DNA of 64,000 bases from Octopus sinensis. Its lineage: Eukaryota. This document shows positions 37,161 to 50,847 of the stretch, one piece after another. The stretch lies in NCBI RefSeq assembly GCF_006345805.1, contig NC_042998.1:43710001-43774000 (forward strand). The letters run 5' to 3'. Under the pieces are notes generated by a model that made no database searches, had not been told where the DNA came from, and was given only the letters and a program-made list of their open reading frames with translations. Every line of letters starts with the position of its first letter. Within the stretch, counting starts at the first letter, position 1. Position numbers and translations under genes: made by a program.

Positions 37161-39329
37161 GTTTCTGCTGCCGGGATAAATTGAGAGAGCCTCATAATTT
37201 GAGGAGGTAATGTTAAGTCGTAGGAGGTAAAACGAAATTTCGTTCAAGCTATATCCTGAGATAATTTCGGATCGATTCCATTCTACCTTCTGGTTATCAA
37301 AACATGATTTCAAGGTATCCGGGGTGGGTGACGAGGTGGAGCAAAGGAAAGGGAAAAGCTGAAATTTTTACATCGTAACGAACATCGCAAGTCATTTTGT
37401 TCAACGCTCTAATGATTCTGGAAATCCACCCACCTTTGCGTTTTTTTATTATGTTTTTCCATATTTCCATATTAGTTCTTTGAGATCATAAATTGTTAAA
37501 ATTCGTCATTGTTTGAAAAATTTCCCATTCCAAAAACAATCGAGTTTATTTGATGTTAATGGCAGTTTTATTATGTTAGCTTCACATACGTTAAACATGA
37601 AACTTAAAATATTCTGCCGTTATAGTTGTCTTGCAATCCACAATAATTACAAATCCGCTTGTTAATATAACAGATACAGTTACAAGTAAAAGCAAACTAC
37701 ACACGACTAAATCATGAGCCTTTAGTCGCTACCAGAATACGCCCAAAAGAGTAGTCAAATCTCTCACAATTAGACCATACCTTTGCAAAAAGAAAGACAA
37801 ATGAGAAAAATGTATTATCTGGTGTATAATGAAGCGAAAAATCTTGTCTAAGTGTCTTTACAGAGAAACCCAATTATAAAATAGTACCTAGAATCAAATA
37901 TTTCTTTGTCATTAATGGACATGAGGACTGCAAACCGCAAAATAGCCTCTGGTAACTAATGAATTTATTTTCTTGTGAGGTAAACATAAAATTTGTGGCT
38001 TTCATTATTCTAACGGGTACAGGATACTCAAAGGATGGATTCTCCGTTACATCAATTGATGAGCATTCAGTTAACTTGATAAATTAAAATAGATGTGGCT
38101 GAGTATTTCAATGGCACGTGGAGCTTTAAAGTAATTCCTAATAAAAATCAGTATGTACAATACGTAATAAGGTTAGGGTTTTGAATTAAAGATTTGAATT
38201 CCAGATTTTCCACAGAAATATGATATAGGAAAAGATGAGGTAACATTGTGAAGATTGGAATTGGATCTGATCCTTGGTTCTTTTACTCGGGATCTACACA
38301 AGGTTGAACAATCACAAGTAGTCACTGGAACGCATTATATCAAAAGTAGCCAATGAGGGAATGTTATACCTAATAGGAATAGCAGCCCCCACCAATCCGT
38401 TCTCTGTTGCCTTGAATTAAGCGTATAAATCATAGTTTGTAGTAAGCCATCACCGGCAAAACAATGTAATAATAATACGATGTCGGGATGTTTACGACGT
38501 GGACGTTTTGGGCATAGGTTTCCTCGATCTCGATAAGCAATAAACTAGATATAAAAATCTATAGTTTATACCACAGTTAACGTATATAGAGTATTTCACC
38601 CAATATCTATAAAAATAAGTAGATTAATAATATAGTGCATAACGCAGCACACAGAGAGATCTTCCAAATCAGTAATAATACAAAGCAAAACACCAAAAAT
38701 ATTCTGATTATTGAAGGAAACATAACGCCATTGTTCAGGAAAAATTAACGTCCGGCGATAACGAATGTAAAAAGAAAAAGACAAAACAGCGTTACCATAT
38801 TTCTGACCTACAATAAAACGACAGTAACAAAAATAATTTCATCTGGTACATAAATCAAGGCAAAATTTTAAATGTTGATGGGTCTAGAATATTTATTGTT
38901 CTGTTGCTCTAAAAGAAACATAAATGACGGATATAGAAAGATATATGAAAAATCATTAATAAAAACGCATGAAGCGGGAATATCGTAATACTTTCACTAA
39001 TACAAGAATACGCAAACATTCACACACGCACGTATGCACGCACACTCACACACACACGCACACAAACAAAACACATACTGGCACTATGTAAATAAACCTC
39101 CAAACATACACGTATTTGGAATACATATACACACATATGTAAATACATGTGTGTGTGTGTTTATCGTGATATATATATTTTGGCTAAAACTTTTACATAC
39201 GTTTAGTAAATATTCATTTAACCCTACTTAAAACAAATCCAGTGAATAAAACGCAATAAATCACAAGATTTTTAACGAACAATAGAAGAATAAATCATTT
39301 AGGTTTGCCTGGTCATTACCGACTCATCG

Positions 39330-39760
39330 ATGCGTGTGAATACATATGACTGAATAAAGATATGATAAAATTACAATGACTTGAGAGGCGCAAGATTAGT
39401 GCTTAATATTTCGGACGCTAATACTTCATCAGGAAAAAAAGAAACGGAAAGATGACAGGTAGTGTTAAGGAGAAAGAAAAATTGGGGGAGGTTAAATTGA
39501 AATGCGATTCTATGGAATGTAAGGAAGAACGAAAGAAGCAGGCTGGTGTGTGCATGTACAGAAGAATATTCGTTTAATGAGATAGGCATAGGGGAACGTG
39601 AGCCGTGTGGAGTGCAGGCGGTTTGTAGGGATATGTGGAGAGGTGCAAGCAGTGTATAATGCAGGTGATTCCTTGGGGTGTTTGGAAGTGTGCAAGAGTG
39701 TGATGGTGGGGTGGAAAGGAAGGAGAAAATGTGTGAATGTGATATATGAGAAAGTGAATT
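39330..39760 (-). mobile_element. Degraded PLE 3' end (possible endonuclease C-terminus plus pLTR)
   Basis: Frame-broken peptides LAHFQTPQG and YLIKR..THQP loosely match PLE A.HF..P.H and LI..L.T.QP, followed by an HHR-like motif. Confidence 0.35.
39403..39436 (-). ncRNA. Eroded hammerhead motif
   Basis: CUGAUGA-A-GUAU(UAGC)GUCC-GAA-AUAU-U: canonical core and palindromic helix III, with mismatched helices I and II. Confidence 0.45.
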
Positions 39761-40169
39761 TTGAAGAGATAGAGAGAAAGAGAGAGAGAGAGAGAAAGAG
39801 AAGCCATGGAGTAAAGAGTGTAGATAGTGAGAAAAAGATGATATAATAAAGTATACGGTACAAGGTTAGAAGAAAAGTGTGGGTAAGGAGGGTAAAAAAA
39901 CGTATAAGATTCAAGAGTTTGTGTATAATATCCTTAGAAAATGCAGTTAAACGTGAAAAAAGAAAACTCGTAAATTTGAAAGGATATTAAAAAAAGAAAA
40001 ATAGAAAAGATTTTGAAAAAGAATTGTTGAAAAGTATGTTTAACAATAGCTACACAGGTGGAGAGTAGTCCGGTGCTAAAACGGTAGGTAATAATAGCAG
40101 TAAATGAAATTCAATAGTTGCGGTGAAACAAAAAGATTTATCTAAGGAGCCCTAAGTAAGGTAGTGTGG

Positions 40170-40400
40170 AGGCGCATTGGCTTAGTGGTTAGAGTATGAT
40201 TGTGGTTTCGATTCCTGGACCGGGCGACGCGTTGCGTTCTTGAGCAAAACACTTCATTTCACGTTGCTCCAGTCCACTCAGCTGGCAAAAATGAGTAACG
40301 CTGTGATGGACTGGCGTTCCGTCCAGCTGGGGAATACATACGCCATAGAAACCGGGAAACCGAGCCCATGATCCTGGCTAGGCTTTAAAAGGGCGCATTT
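40170..40400 (+). mobile_element. SINE family C-related, alternative 3' tail
   Basis: Family C head and core (ttcttgagcaaaacacttcatttcacgttgctccagtccactcagctg), then a different tail ending ggctttaaaagggcgc. Confidence 0.75.
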
Positions 40401-40544
40401 ATGATTATCAAGGTAGTACAGTAGTGATTCCAGAGATGAACTGGGCGCAGGGAAATGTATAGAGGATGGGATGTTTCTGTTGCTTCAATTCACACACCAC
40501 ACACGTACCCCCCCCACGCACATACACACACACACACACACATC

Positions 40545-40712
40545 TTTAATCTTTTACTTGTTTCACTCATTGGACGGTGTTGGGGCACCGCCTTAAATGG
40601 CTTTTTACATGTTATTTTTAACATTACGTACTTGTTCTATAAATCACTTTTGTCTAAGGTGCTAGGCAGTGGGACTGAATCTATGAACCATGTGGGTGGG
40701 AAACAACTTTTT
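40545..40712 (-). mobile_element. SINE family B, deleted and eroded
   Basis: ttttacttgttt..ggggcaccgcctt and gcagtgggactgaatctatgaaccatgtggg. Confidence 0.55.
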
Positions 40713-40834
40713 ATCTAGACTCGAGTTTCATGTAATTGCTGTCTTCTAATAAGTTCTTTAAGTTGTAGTGAAGTGATACACTGTACAGTATAATTTGTGC
40801 AGTGTCTTCTCATTTTTGAGAAACTAATATTTGA

Positions 40835-40839
40835 AAGTT

Positions 40840-40906
<67 letters not shown>

Positions 40907-40911
40907 ATCTC

Positions 40912-40944
<33 letters not shown>

Positions 40945-40960
40945 TTATTTCATATGTATG

Positions 40961-41021
<61 letters not shown>

Positions 41022-41074
41022 TATATAATTACATTCACAACACATACACACGTATATATAAATATATATGCATG

Positions 41075-41109
<35 letters not shown>

Positions 41110-41120
41110 AACGTGTGTGT
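40835..41120. repeat. Compound (CT)/(AT)/(TCTA)/(GT) microsatellite
   Basis: Direct reading. Confidence 0.9.
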
Positions 41121-42184
41121 ACGCGATCAAGCGTAAATAAATACATTAGAGTACAATATAAATGAAACTACAATATGAACGTTAATCGAGTTAGATATTT
41201 AATATTGTCTTCTGTTCCCACCTAACAAAATATTGTTTTGTTTGCCTCGCCTACGTACTTTATAAAACAAGCTGAAATATTCATGAAGTGTCACATGAGT
41301 ATATGTCCACAAAAATTCATTCTATTAAGAATTCAAGAAACGTAGGAAACTGATTTTTTTCTTCATAGAATACATTGTAAACTAACTCTCAGGTAGTTAA
41401 CTGAATTACAAGTCTATCATCTATTACAAGTCTATCATATGTTTCTTAAAAGAAACATAGCGTTCCTCTCTTCCCACACTTGCAGCCTACTCGCCTGTTT
41501 TGTAGGTTAATGTTTTTGCTGAGCCCCAGGATATTACTGACTGAGCAGAAAACGATTAAATGCTTGTTAATGTTATCGCTACAGGTTTTCTTCAGAAATT
41601 ATAGCCAGCTCTGATTTTGTTACGACGTTTCGTATCCGAGTCGCTTGGTGTAAGCAGCAATGAGATCGAAAATGAAAAATGGGTAATGAGCTACATGATA
41701 AATTTCAGGACCCTTTGCTCCTTTATCAGCACCCATCAAAGCCATTAATCATCCATGAACTCATTGCTTAAATAGCTCCTAAGTATAGCCAATTTACATA
41801 TCAAATACATTCCTGGAAGCTGCTACGTAAATATCAATGACGTGTAGGGACACTATTTCGTTATGCAATCATAATATTATGGTTGCATAACAAAATACGG
41901 TTTCCCTTCACATCATTAGGATTAAATACTTTCCAGCCGCAACTAATCGATTTCTTCTTTTTTTAAGTCGATCTCTCGATAACTTCTTTGTAGTGAATTC
42001 TATAGTCTAAGTACAAGTCTGAAGTTGGAAACTATGATCAAAAGTATTTTACCTTTGACCATCTCGTCTTTGCTCCAGGCTACGTATATGCATAATCACA
42101 ATATTTAGTATGTCCTTCTTTCCTAAGAACACTAAATAGGATATTCAGTTAATATTTCTAGTAGAAGGTGAAGACCCTATTTGT

Positions 42185-42500
42185 TATGGATGACCATGGG
42201 ATTGAACATAGGTGCCCTCTAAGGCACAAGTGCGAATAGAGTTATTTATGGAAGACAAGTAGTCGCCAATGCATACCAGCCTCTCGTCTCCACACCACCG
42301 ATGTTATCGAAGGGAAAAGCAAACACCGGTAGCGATTGACACCAGTATCGTCACAATTCATCTCTAAAACTGAGTGAATTACAGCAACATAAAATAAAGT
42401 GTCTTGCTCAAGAATGCAACACACAGCCCGGTCCATGAATCGAATTCACTATCTCATGATTGTGAGGCCGACGCTCTAACCACTTAGCCATGTGCCTTCT
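42185..42500 (-). mobile_element. SINE family C, full length
   Basis: gaccatgggattg..gtgtcttgctcaagaatgc..gacgctctaaccacttagccatgtgcc. Confidence 0.85.
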
Positions 42501-44189
42501 AGCACATACAGCGCTAAGTCCTCTCATTCGATAGTATAACACTTTACTTTTTACGCATGATAATTATGTTAATTCTTTAATTATATACACTCGAAATATA
42601 TTATAGCATTGAAGTTATAGTGTCATTGAGGTGGTGGATAGAATGCCTTGCAGTATTATACTGAATCTGATCTCTAAGTTGAAATAATACTGGGGTCAAA
42701 TCTGCTTCTCCTCCATCCAAAGGCGATAAATAAATTATCCGTCCAGGTCAACAGATTGATCGAGCTGCGAAAGTATGAGATCAGGGACTTGCAATATTTT
42801 GTATCGGCCTTTGGCATATTCGTTTCATATATTTTGCTGTTGGCTAGTATCCAATCAATTATAAGGGTTGTTTTGAGCAAAGGTATCGCGCTCACTGCCA
42901 AAGAAACAACTCACAAATGAACTAAAAAAGAAACAAATGAACATGAGAAAAGATTGCGTGGTTTTGTGTGTTGACCCAATTGATATAAGACGCCGATAAT
43001 ATCGGCTTTTGAACGTGTTTGCTGCATCTCTTAAATAATTCTTTTTAATATCGCCTCTATATATTCTATATATCAATGCAGAAATATTGACCAAAGCTAC
43101 AAAATAATACAGCTGTGTCAATGCTTAGAGAATGCATTAGATAGTTAGGTGTGGTAAATTCAAATATTTTCCAGATCGTAGGCTCTGGCGCACAGAGATG
43201 TCATTTGCTTTGGTATGACATATACATTGCCTGGTACTAAACAACTGCCTTTGTCTTCAAAGATTTAGGAGGAGTAATTATACGTTGTGCACAGAATGTT
43301 GTTATCGGCATTATCTTTGCTTTTCCCCAAGCATCTGCACAATTTTGAAAGCATATTAATCGATAGTTTTAACACAAATATGTTAAAGATATTCTACACC
43401 ATAAACAATATGAAAAACTTTATGCATACATTTAACTATTTATGGTAGCAATTCGTTGCGCTATTACCTGTGAGTTGTTCACCCACTATATAATAAATCT
43501 TCACATAAATCTTACACAACTGCATATGCTGGATGAAATGCAATAAAGCAAACACAATTAACACTTTATGATTTTATACCAACTCGAATGAAAATGGAAA
43601 ATAAAGACAATGAATCTATAGGTGAACGAAATGCTATATTATTGTATAAGATCGTTAGATAATAGAAGTTAAGCTCTACTGAGCTTCTGATATCTAAGCC
43701 AGTTTCGAATTGAACGTCAGAAAGTATATTTTATGTTTTATTTTATATAAATGTTTCGAACCAATTTAGAAAGACTTGTTTTTTGACACAAACAAGTCAA
43801 AATCGAAATATCGAAAGATAAATATCAAAATTAAAAACACACTCGTAACAAATTTGTGATCGTGAATATTTTTCACAGATTTGATGATATTGTAATCTGA
43901 ATTTAGAATGTGTATTTCTTATATTTATTCAGAATTTAGATTAGTTTGACTAACAATTTTTTTTTTTTTTGCATTGGCAAATTGATAAAGAGAAATAATG
44001 TAATTCTCGAATATGTGATGTTTACATTTTTTATCGTTAAAATAATTATAAATATTTACGAATTGAATTTTCAATTTTTTCTTGGAGATATATTTCATAT
44101 ACTAAAACAGTTTTGTCCTATATGCTATTAAGCTGTTTCTCTGCCGGTTATCATCTGTATCTTATATTTATTCGCACACGCCCGCATAC

Positions 44190-44315
44190 ACATACACAAA
44201 CACACACACAGACACTCACACTCACACACACATATGCATACATATATGTGTGTATATATATATACATAGATTATATATACATATATATATATGTATATAT
44301 ATGTATATATATATA

Positions 44316-44360
<45 letters not shown>

Positions 44361-44428
44361 CAGAGATAGAGAGAGAGAGAGAGAGATGCATATGTATTTA
44401 TATGCCTATATATATGTATAAATAGATA

Positions 44429-44480
<52 letters not shown>
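44190..44480. repeat. Compound (CA)/(AT)/(AG) microsatellite
   Basis: Direct reading. Confidence 0.9.
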
Positions 44481-44483
<3 letters not shown>

Positions 44484-45328
44484 ATTCTTCTACTTGTTCC
44501 AGTCATTAGATTGCGGCCATGCTGTGGTACCATATATATAGATATAGTTTGGGAAGTGACTTTACCAGGTTCATGTCTCATTTCCAGCTGTTTTAAAGGT
44601 ACACTTTTGCCAGTCTTTAAAACGGTAGAAAGAGCTTGCACTTGGAATTTTACGTGTAAATTTCCTTATTTCATTTTAGCCATCATAGCAAGTGTTTCAT
44701 CAGTGGTTTGATTCTATACTTCTGCTGCAGGTTATTCGTTGAAAAGCGTATTATGTATACAACACACACACGCACGCACGCACGCGTACACACACACACA
44801 CAGACACACATACACACACAACACATACATATTTTGTATAATTCGGATAAAAACCTCGTAACGTGCATTTAAGTGCTGTTATGTCCCTATTTAGTTGCCA
44901 CATGATATCCTACAGTCGGGTATATTCCTGAGTTGGATACACTGGCGTAATTCCTTGCATTAAATTAATGAAAGATAAATATAACACAAGAATGGAATAC
45001 TCTCGGTATACGATGTACATTTCTTTCAACCAATCAAATAATTAGATTCTAGGGGAAGCAAGCATAAACATATAAATAATATTACTAGAATACCACTACC
45101 ACCAATAACAACAAGACAAGACCACCTTCGAGCTGCTCATAAGTATTAATAAAGAAGAAGACATATACAGGAAATTTAATCTTATTTGAGTGATGATAGT
45201 AGTTAAATAAAAGAAATAGAAAAGAACTGAAAGCGACTTTACCAAATAGTGGTTATATATTTGCCAATTAGTTATATATTTTTTTCCTTATTAATAATAT
45301 GAGCACATTGAATGTCGCCTTGTCTTTC

Positions 45329-45359
<31 letters not shown>

Positions 45360-45363
<4 letters not shown>

Positions 45364-45579
45364 ACATCTAATATAGGATAACATTTTTCGAAAAAAATTT
45401 TATCAGTGGCCAGCATATTAAAAAATATCTTTAAAGGTTAAATTTATAAACAACTTATAAACAAGGGACCGATACGGTAATAACGGAATGTTTTTTAGAA
45501 ATTTCTGTCGGCTTACTTCGAGCCACGTGTTTCGGCATATTTGGCATTATAATTTTTTCTTTTGCCCTTGTTTATAAGT

Positions 45580-45633
<54 letters not shown>

Positions 45634-45740
45634 GAATAAGGGTAGAAATTGATATTAATCAATTAAAACCAGTGGCCTAGCATATTAAAGTAATCCGAAG
45701 ATTAAAATATTTTTACATACAGTCCTTTAAATTTTGTATG

Positions 45741-45745
<5 letters not shown>
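45360..45745. mobile_element. Two (AT)n-embedded mini-elements related to the 7078-8126 unit
   Basis: Shared motif ataagggt..aattgat..ccagtggcc(t)ag; the first has a perfect 16-bp inverted repeat at 45452-45467 / 45565-45580. Confidence 0.5.
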
Positions 45746-45783
<38 letters not shown>

Positions 45784-46183
45784 CTTTTAGTTTGGAATAA
45801 AGACAAGTTAATCTGCAAGATAAAAGGGGCATTATGAACAATTGTTACAGTAGCTTGTATATCTTGTATTAGATATTTGTAAATTTAATGTTTATAGTTT
45901 TAGTTTTAGTGACTAGATATTTCGTCACAGTGTTTCGTATCTCTAACTGAATGTACCTTCAGAACGTAATTGTACACCCGGTGTGGACCATTAGAGACAA
46001 TCAAAGCGATCAATAACCAGCCGTCCTATTGATTTCTTATGAGCTCATCTCCTACGTAGGTACACACTGCAATATACGCCTGCAATAGATTTCTGTTACT
46101 AGGGGATGGGGCAGTCATTAATTTGAGACATGTCTTTGAACGGAAAAAATTTTGATACAATTATGTCCGGGACATCATGTTAT

Positions 46184-46378
46184 ATATTGGTTTCAAATTT
46201 CAACTTTTGATATAAGGCCAGTAATTGAGAGGGGAGGAGTAAGTCGATTACGTAGACCCAGGTGCTTGACGAGTATTTATTTTAAACTCTGCAGAAATTG
46301 AATTCAGAACGTAAAGGCGGATGAAAGGCCACTAAGCATTTTGTCAGGTGTGCTAACGATTCTGCCACCTCGCCGCCT
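46184..46378 (-). mobile_element. SINE family A, eroded
   Basis: aaggccagtaattgag..gaaattgaattcagaacg..ctgccacctcgccgcc. Confidence 0.7.
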
Positions 46379-46414
46379 TAAATCACGCTGTATATTAGAA
46401 ACAGTTACAGTTAC

Positions 46415-46641
46415 ATTATTTCTTTATTGCCCACAAGGGGCTAAACATACAGGGGACAAACAAGGAGAGACAAAGGTTTTAAGTCGATTACATCGACCCC
46501 AGTGCGTAACTGGTACTTAATTTGTTGACCCCGAAAGGATGAAAGGCAAAGTCGACCTTGGCGGAATTTGAATTTCGTAACGGCAGACGAAATACGGCTA
46601 AGCATTTCGCCCGGTGTGCTAACGTTTCTGCCAGCTCGCCT
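46415..46641 (-). mobile_element. SINE family A, full length, possible TSD acagttac
   Basis: Complete reverse complement; acagttac at 46407-46414 and 46642-46649. Confidence 0.9.
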
Positions 46642-47760
46642 ACAGTTACGTGATTCACCAATGGAGTATCAGATAAATAGAGTTATAAAGCTTCATAAGT
46701 TATTATCTATCATAACTTATAATGGACTTGTCAGTTGAATCTGAGTGTATGGCATTTTGAATCAGTTTATTTCATCATAGCCTCGTGGCAACCACTTTAT
46801 TTGGGCCTAAAAATTGCCGAATCAAAATATGCGGAAGTCCTTTGAATGAACAAGCTTCACTGAAACCACCGACGTTCTGCCGTTTGTTATCTTTAACGAC
46901 ACATGTTTCTACATAATTATACTTTCATACCCTCAGGTTTCTTTTCATCAGGCCCCACCAACAACTTAGACAATCAGCCAACCGCAGTACCTTTGTGTAG
47001 TTTACTGACGTGTTTCTATCGAAAGAAAAACGTGTCAATAATTTGAGTTTATGCTGCTGTCTTAATTATAAACAAATAATTAGCTTATATTAATTAGCTT
47101 ATACTATTTATTCTATTTTATTTTATATTAACCAAATTAAGAATTTATAATTGTAGGGTGTGGCTTGATATATTGCTCGCAAAATGATTAAATTTTGAAT
47201 CGATGGTTTTACATTCAGCGTATATTAAATTTTAATACTTTGCTACTCAGACAAAAGAAGGGACGAAAGGGCGTCATTGATGACCATGCTAAATGTAGTA
47301 ACTGACTCTGGGAAAAGAGTGCACTTAAAATGTCGTTTGTTAATTAGTATTTTGAAGAATCTTTTGCTCTAACCTCATGCAAACACAATCATATGGTAGT
47401 AAAAGAGAAAATACAAATATGTATATCATTAAGAAGCATCGTCTGTTGTCTGTAAAGTCGATGAAGCTCATTTTCAAACTATATCCACGCGCATGAAATG
47501 AAATTGATGTCATTCGTTTGTATAGAACGTCTTACTTGTGTTTGGGGATCTTTTTACTCGTAAACTAAAATTTCTAATAACTGAAACAGTCGCTTAATTA
47601 GACGAAAGTGTTTTTGCTGTGATATCTCCTAATTAAACAGACTTGCTTACATGTGTACATGCATACATACACACATACATACAAGCACATACACACATAG
47701 TAACATATGTACATGCACACACACATACATACATACAAACATACATATATATATGTATAT

Positions 47761-47775
47761 ATATATATCTATATC

Positions 47776-47815
<40 letters not shown>

Positions 47816-48000
47816 TATATATATGTATATGTATGTATGCATATATATATATATATATGTTTATATATATGTATATGTATGTATGCATATATATATATAT
47901 ATATATATATATTGTTTATATATATGTATATGTATGTATGCATATATATATATATATATATATGTTTATATATATGTATATGTATGTATGCATATATATA

Positions 48001-48043
<43 letters not shown>

Positions 48044-48065
48044 TATATATATGTATATGTATGTA

Positions 48066-48107
<42 letters not shown>

Positions 48108-48129
48108 TATATATATGTATATGTATGTA

Positions 48130-48211
<82 letters not shown>

Positions 48212-48286
48212 TATATATGTATATGTATGTATGCATATATATATTATATATATATATATATGTTTATATATATGTATATGTATGTA

Positions 48287-48324
<38 letters not shown>

Positions 48325-48361
48325 TATATATATGTATATGTATGTATGCATATATATATAT

Positions 48362-48406
<45 letters not shown>

Positions 48407-48430
48407 TATATGTATGTATGTATGTATGCA
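47761..48430. repeat. Higher-order minisatellite: ~28-nt unit alternating with variable (AT)n
   Basis: About 9 copies of gtttatatatatgtatatgtatgtatgc. Confidence 0.9.
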
Positions 48431-48439
48431 TATATATAA

Positions 48440-48710
48440 AACACAACTCAAAGAATAACATTTTTAAAGCTACTTTGGTGTTGAATGAACGAAGTAAAGA
48501 AAATTTTAACGTTTCGGGTTTATAATTCCTTCAACGGATGGAAAGAAGGAAAAAAAGAAAAACAGGGAGGGTGTAAACCACGTGCCTTCACGAATAAATT
48601 TCCTTTGTATTTCTTTTTTCTTTTGTTCGAGTGAGGAAGGTAAGGGAAGAAAGCTGTTTTTTTTTTACAACGGAAAGTGCTTACAGTAATAGCTGATTCA
48701 TGACAGCGAG
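48440..48710 (-). mobile_element. (AT)n-abutting mini-element with eroded HHR-like motif
   Basis: Minus strand 48537-48504 reads CCGUUGA-A-GG..CC-GAA-ACGU-U; boundaries approximate. Confidence 0.35.
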
Positions 48711-49249
48711 TGTGTATGTAAATATGTGTATACAAATAGCACACATATACACACTAGTCTACGTTTACACATAATATACGCGCACTAACTGACACTTCTA
48801 CAAACAAACATACTTAAACGTACGAAATACACGAACTGTGAATGTTATCTCCCTTTATTGAAATTCTCTTGTTACAAAATGATTTTTCCGCTTCCTATTT
48901 CTTCTTCACTGAAAACATAGTCTACTCATAAAACCACATGGATCAGACGTCTGTTTGTCACTTTTTTCCTTACTCAGTTTTTCCTTGTCATTTTAGCCGA
49001 TAAAATAGCGAAATCCGAAATGTCAAAAGTTTCTTTCTTTCCACCATTCCGTGCCAAATTAATGCAGCTTTTATGATGCAAAATGTTATTCTTTAACTAT
49101 ATTATCATCACACATTTGCATATATTTTCCTTCTTGGTGATGCTATCAGATCGGCTTGTATTCCTACCATGGAGGAATAGCAAGTCGGATTCCACTGGTT
49201 TACCCCTTCTACTTGCTTCGGATGGCCATTTCGGATGTATATTATTGCA

Positions 49250-49870
49250 TTATGTATGTATGGATATATGTATGTATGTATGTATGTATGTACGTATGTA
49301 TGTATGTATGTATGTATGTATGTATGTATGTATGTATGTATGTATGTATGTATGTATGTATGTATGTATATATGTACGTATGTACGTACGTATGTATGTA
49401 TGTATGTATGTATGTACGTATGTATGTATGTATGCATGTATGTACGTACGTACGTATGTATGTATGTATGTATTATGTATGTATGTATGTATGTATGTAT
49501 GTATGTATCTATGTATGTGTGGAGGTGCTTATGTCATTACGCAGTTATATTTCATGATTTCTTGCCAGTAGAGAAAGAGCCGGTTTTTAACCTAGATCCA
49601 AGGGTATTTCTTTGGAATTTCAACATCAACAGGGTATTTTCGTATGTATGTATGTATGTATGTATGTATGTATGTATGTATGTATGTATGCATGTATGTA
49701 TATGTGTAGATTTATGTTTTGTCTTATGTATGTAAGTGTATATATGTATGTATTTATGTGTGTGTGTGTATATACGTATGTATATATTTGTTTATGTATG
49801 TATGAATGTATGCATATATATATATATGTATGTACGTTTGTGTGTATATATGTGTTTATGTATGTGTGTA
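49250..49870. repeat. (TATG)n tetranucleotide arrays
   Basis: Two arrays separated by ~120 nt of unique sequence. Confidence 0.92.
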
Positions 49871-50847
49871 TGTTCGGCTTGGAAAATGATTTCAATTGAG
49901 GTTGAGCATAAGGAGTGAAGAAGTTACTTCCACCTACAGTCAGTGGAATATACGTATAATATACATTGTTATACACATATTTAGACATTTTGTATGTTAT
50001 CAATACATATCATTGCACGTCAAAATAGTTGGCCGAGTATCGACTATTTTACGCAAACAGGAATATAGCAGCATCATTGCACCTTACTCGTGATACATGG
50101 TATTACCCAGCAGACAACGCAATAATATCTTACTATATTTGAAGTATGTAAATCTATATTTCTAGGTTTGTACTTTTAGTTTTCGTAAATCTGATACATA
50201 AAATATAGTTTAATTTATAACTGTTGAAACAGAAAATTACTCTCAGAAACTTTATAGCTACTAATATCTAAATTACTTACAATACTGGAGTTTTTACATA
50301 CGTTTGTGGATATCTTTTTATATCAATATAAAAGAAAATATATAGAATAATATTATATATATAGGATAGTATTAAAAAATAATGATAAAGAGTATCTTCA
50401 GACATTAACCAATTAAATAGTCGTCAGTAAAATAGACACCAAGGCGACTAAATAAGATGCTGCGAAAGAAAAAAGATAAAAGAAAAATGTAACTGAGAAA
50501 AATCATTTTAAATGGTTGTCATGTGGTTGTTTAACCCTGAGCATCTTTCATCGAGCAGTTTTATGAGGAAAATGATTCAAGTCATAAGAAACATGTCTTT
50601 TAAAGATTCGTAGCAGTATATCATCTAATGTGTCCTCTTCTGAAAAATAGTAGGGACGGATTGCTACTTCTAAAATGTCAAGCGACTGTGTTGGATATGT
50701 TCCGTTGGTAGTGCAGTAGTGTGGAAAACATTGCAACAATGCAACATGCACAAATTTGTGAGCACACACTGATACCTGATACACTAGCTTATTACATACA
50801 CGCGCACTCACACACACATATCGTCTATTTACTACGGGTTAGGTTCG

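Noticed and set aside
38385-38430. CCAAT plus TATAAA core-promoter-like pair
   Set aside because: Such motifs are expected by chance in AT-rich DNA, and no downstream gene is evident.
41615-41660. GAAACGUC with 4-bp UUAC/GUAA helix on the minus strand
   Set aside because: No CUGANGA-like core or helix II.
45920-45965. CUGAAG..GAAACACUGUG on the minus strand
   Set aside because: A9 is missing, position 17 is G, and helix I does not pair.
47761-48430. Repeat-spacer pattern resembling a CRISPR array
   Set aside because: The spacers are only (AT)n, there are no cas genes, and the context is eukaryotic.
47643-48525. Long 240-272 aa Y/I/M/C-rich ORFs, and similar poly-YI, CV, RE, HT and S/L ORFs throughout
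   Set aside because: They are translations of stop-free microsatellites, with no domain content.
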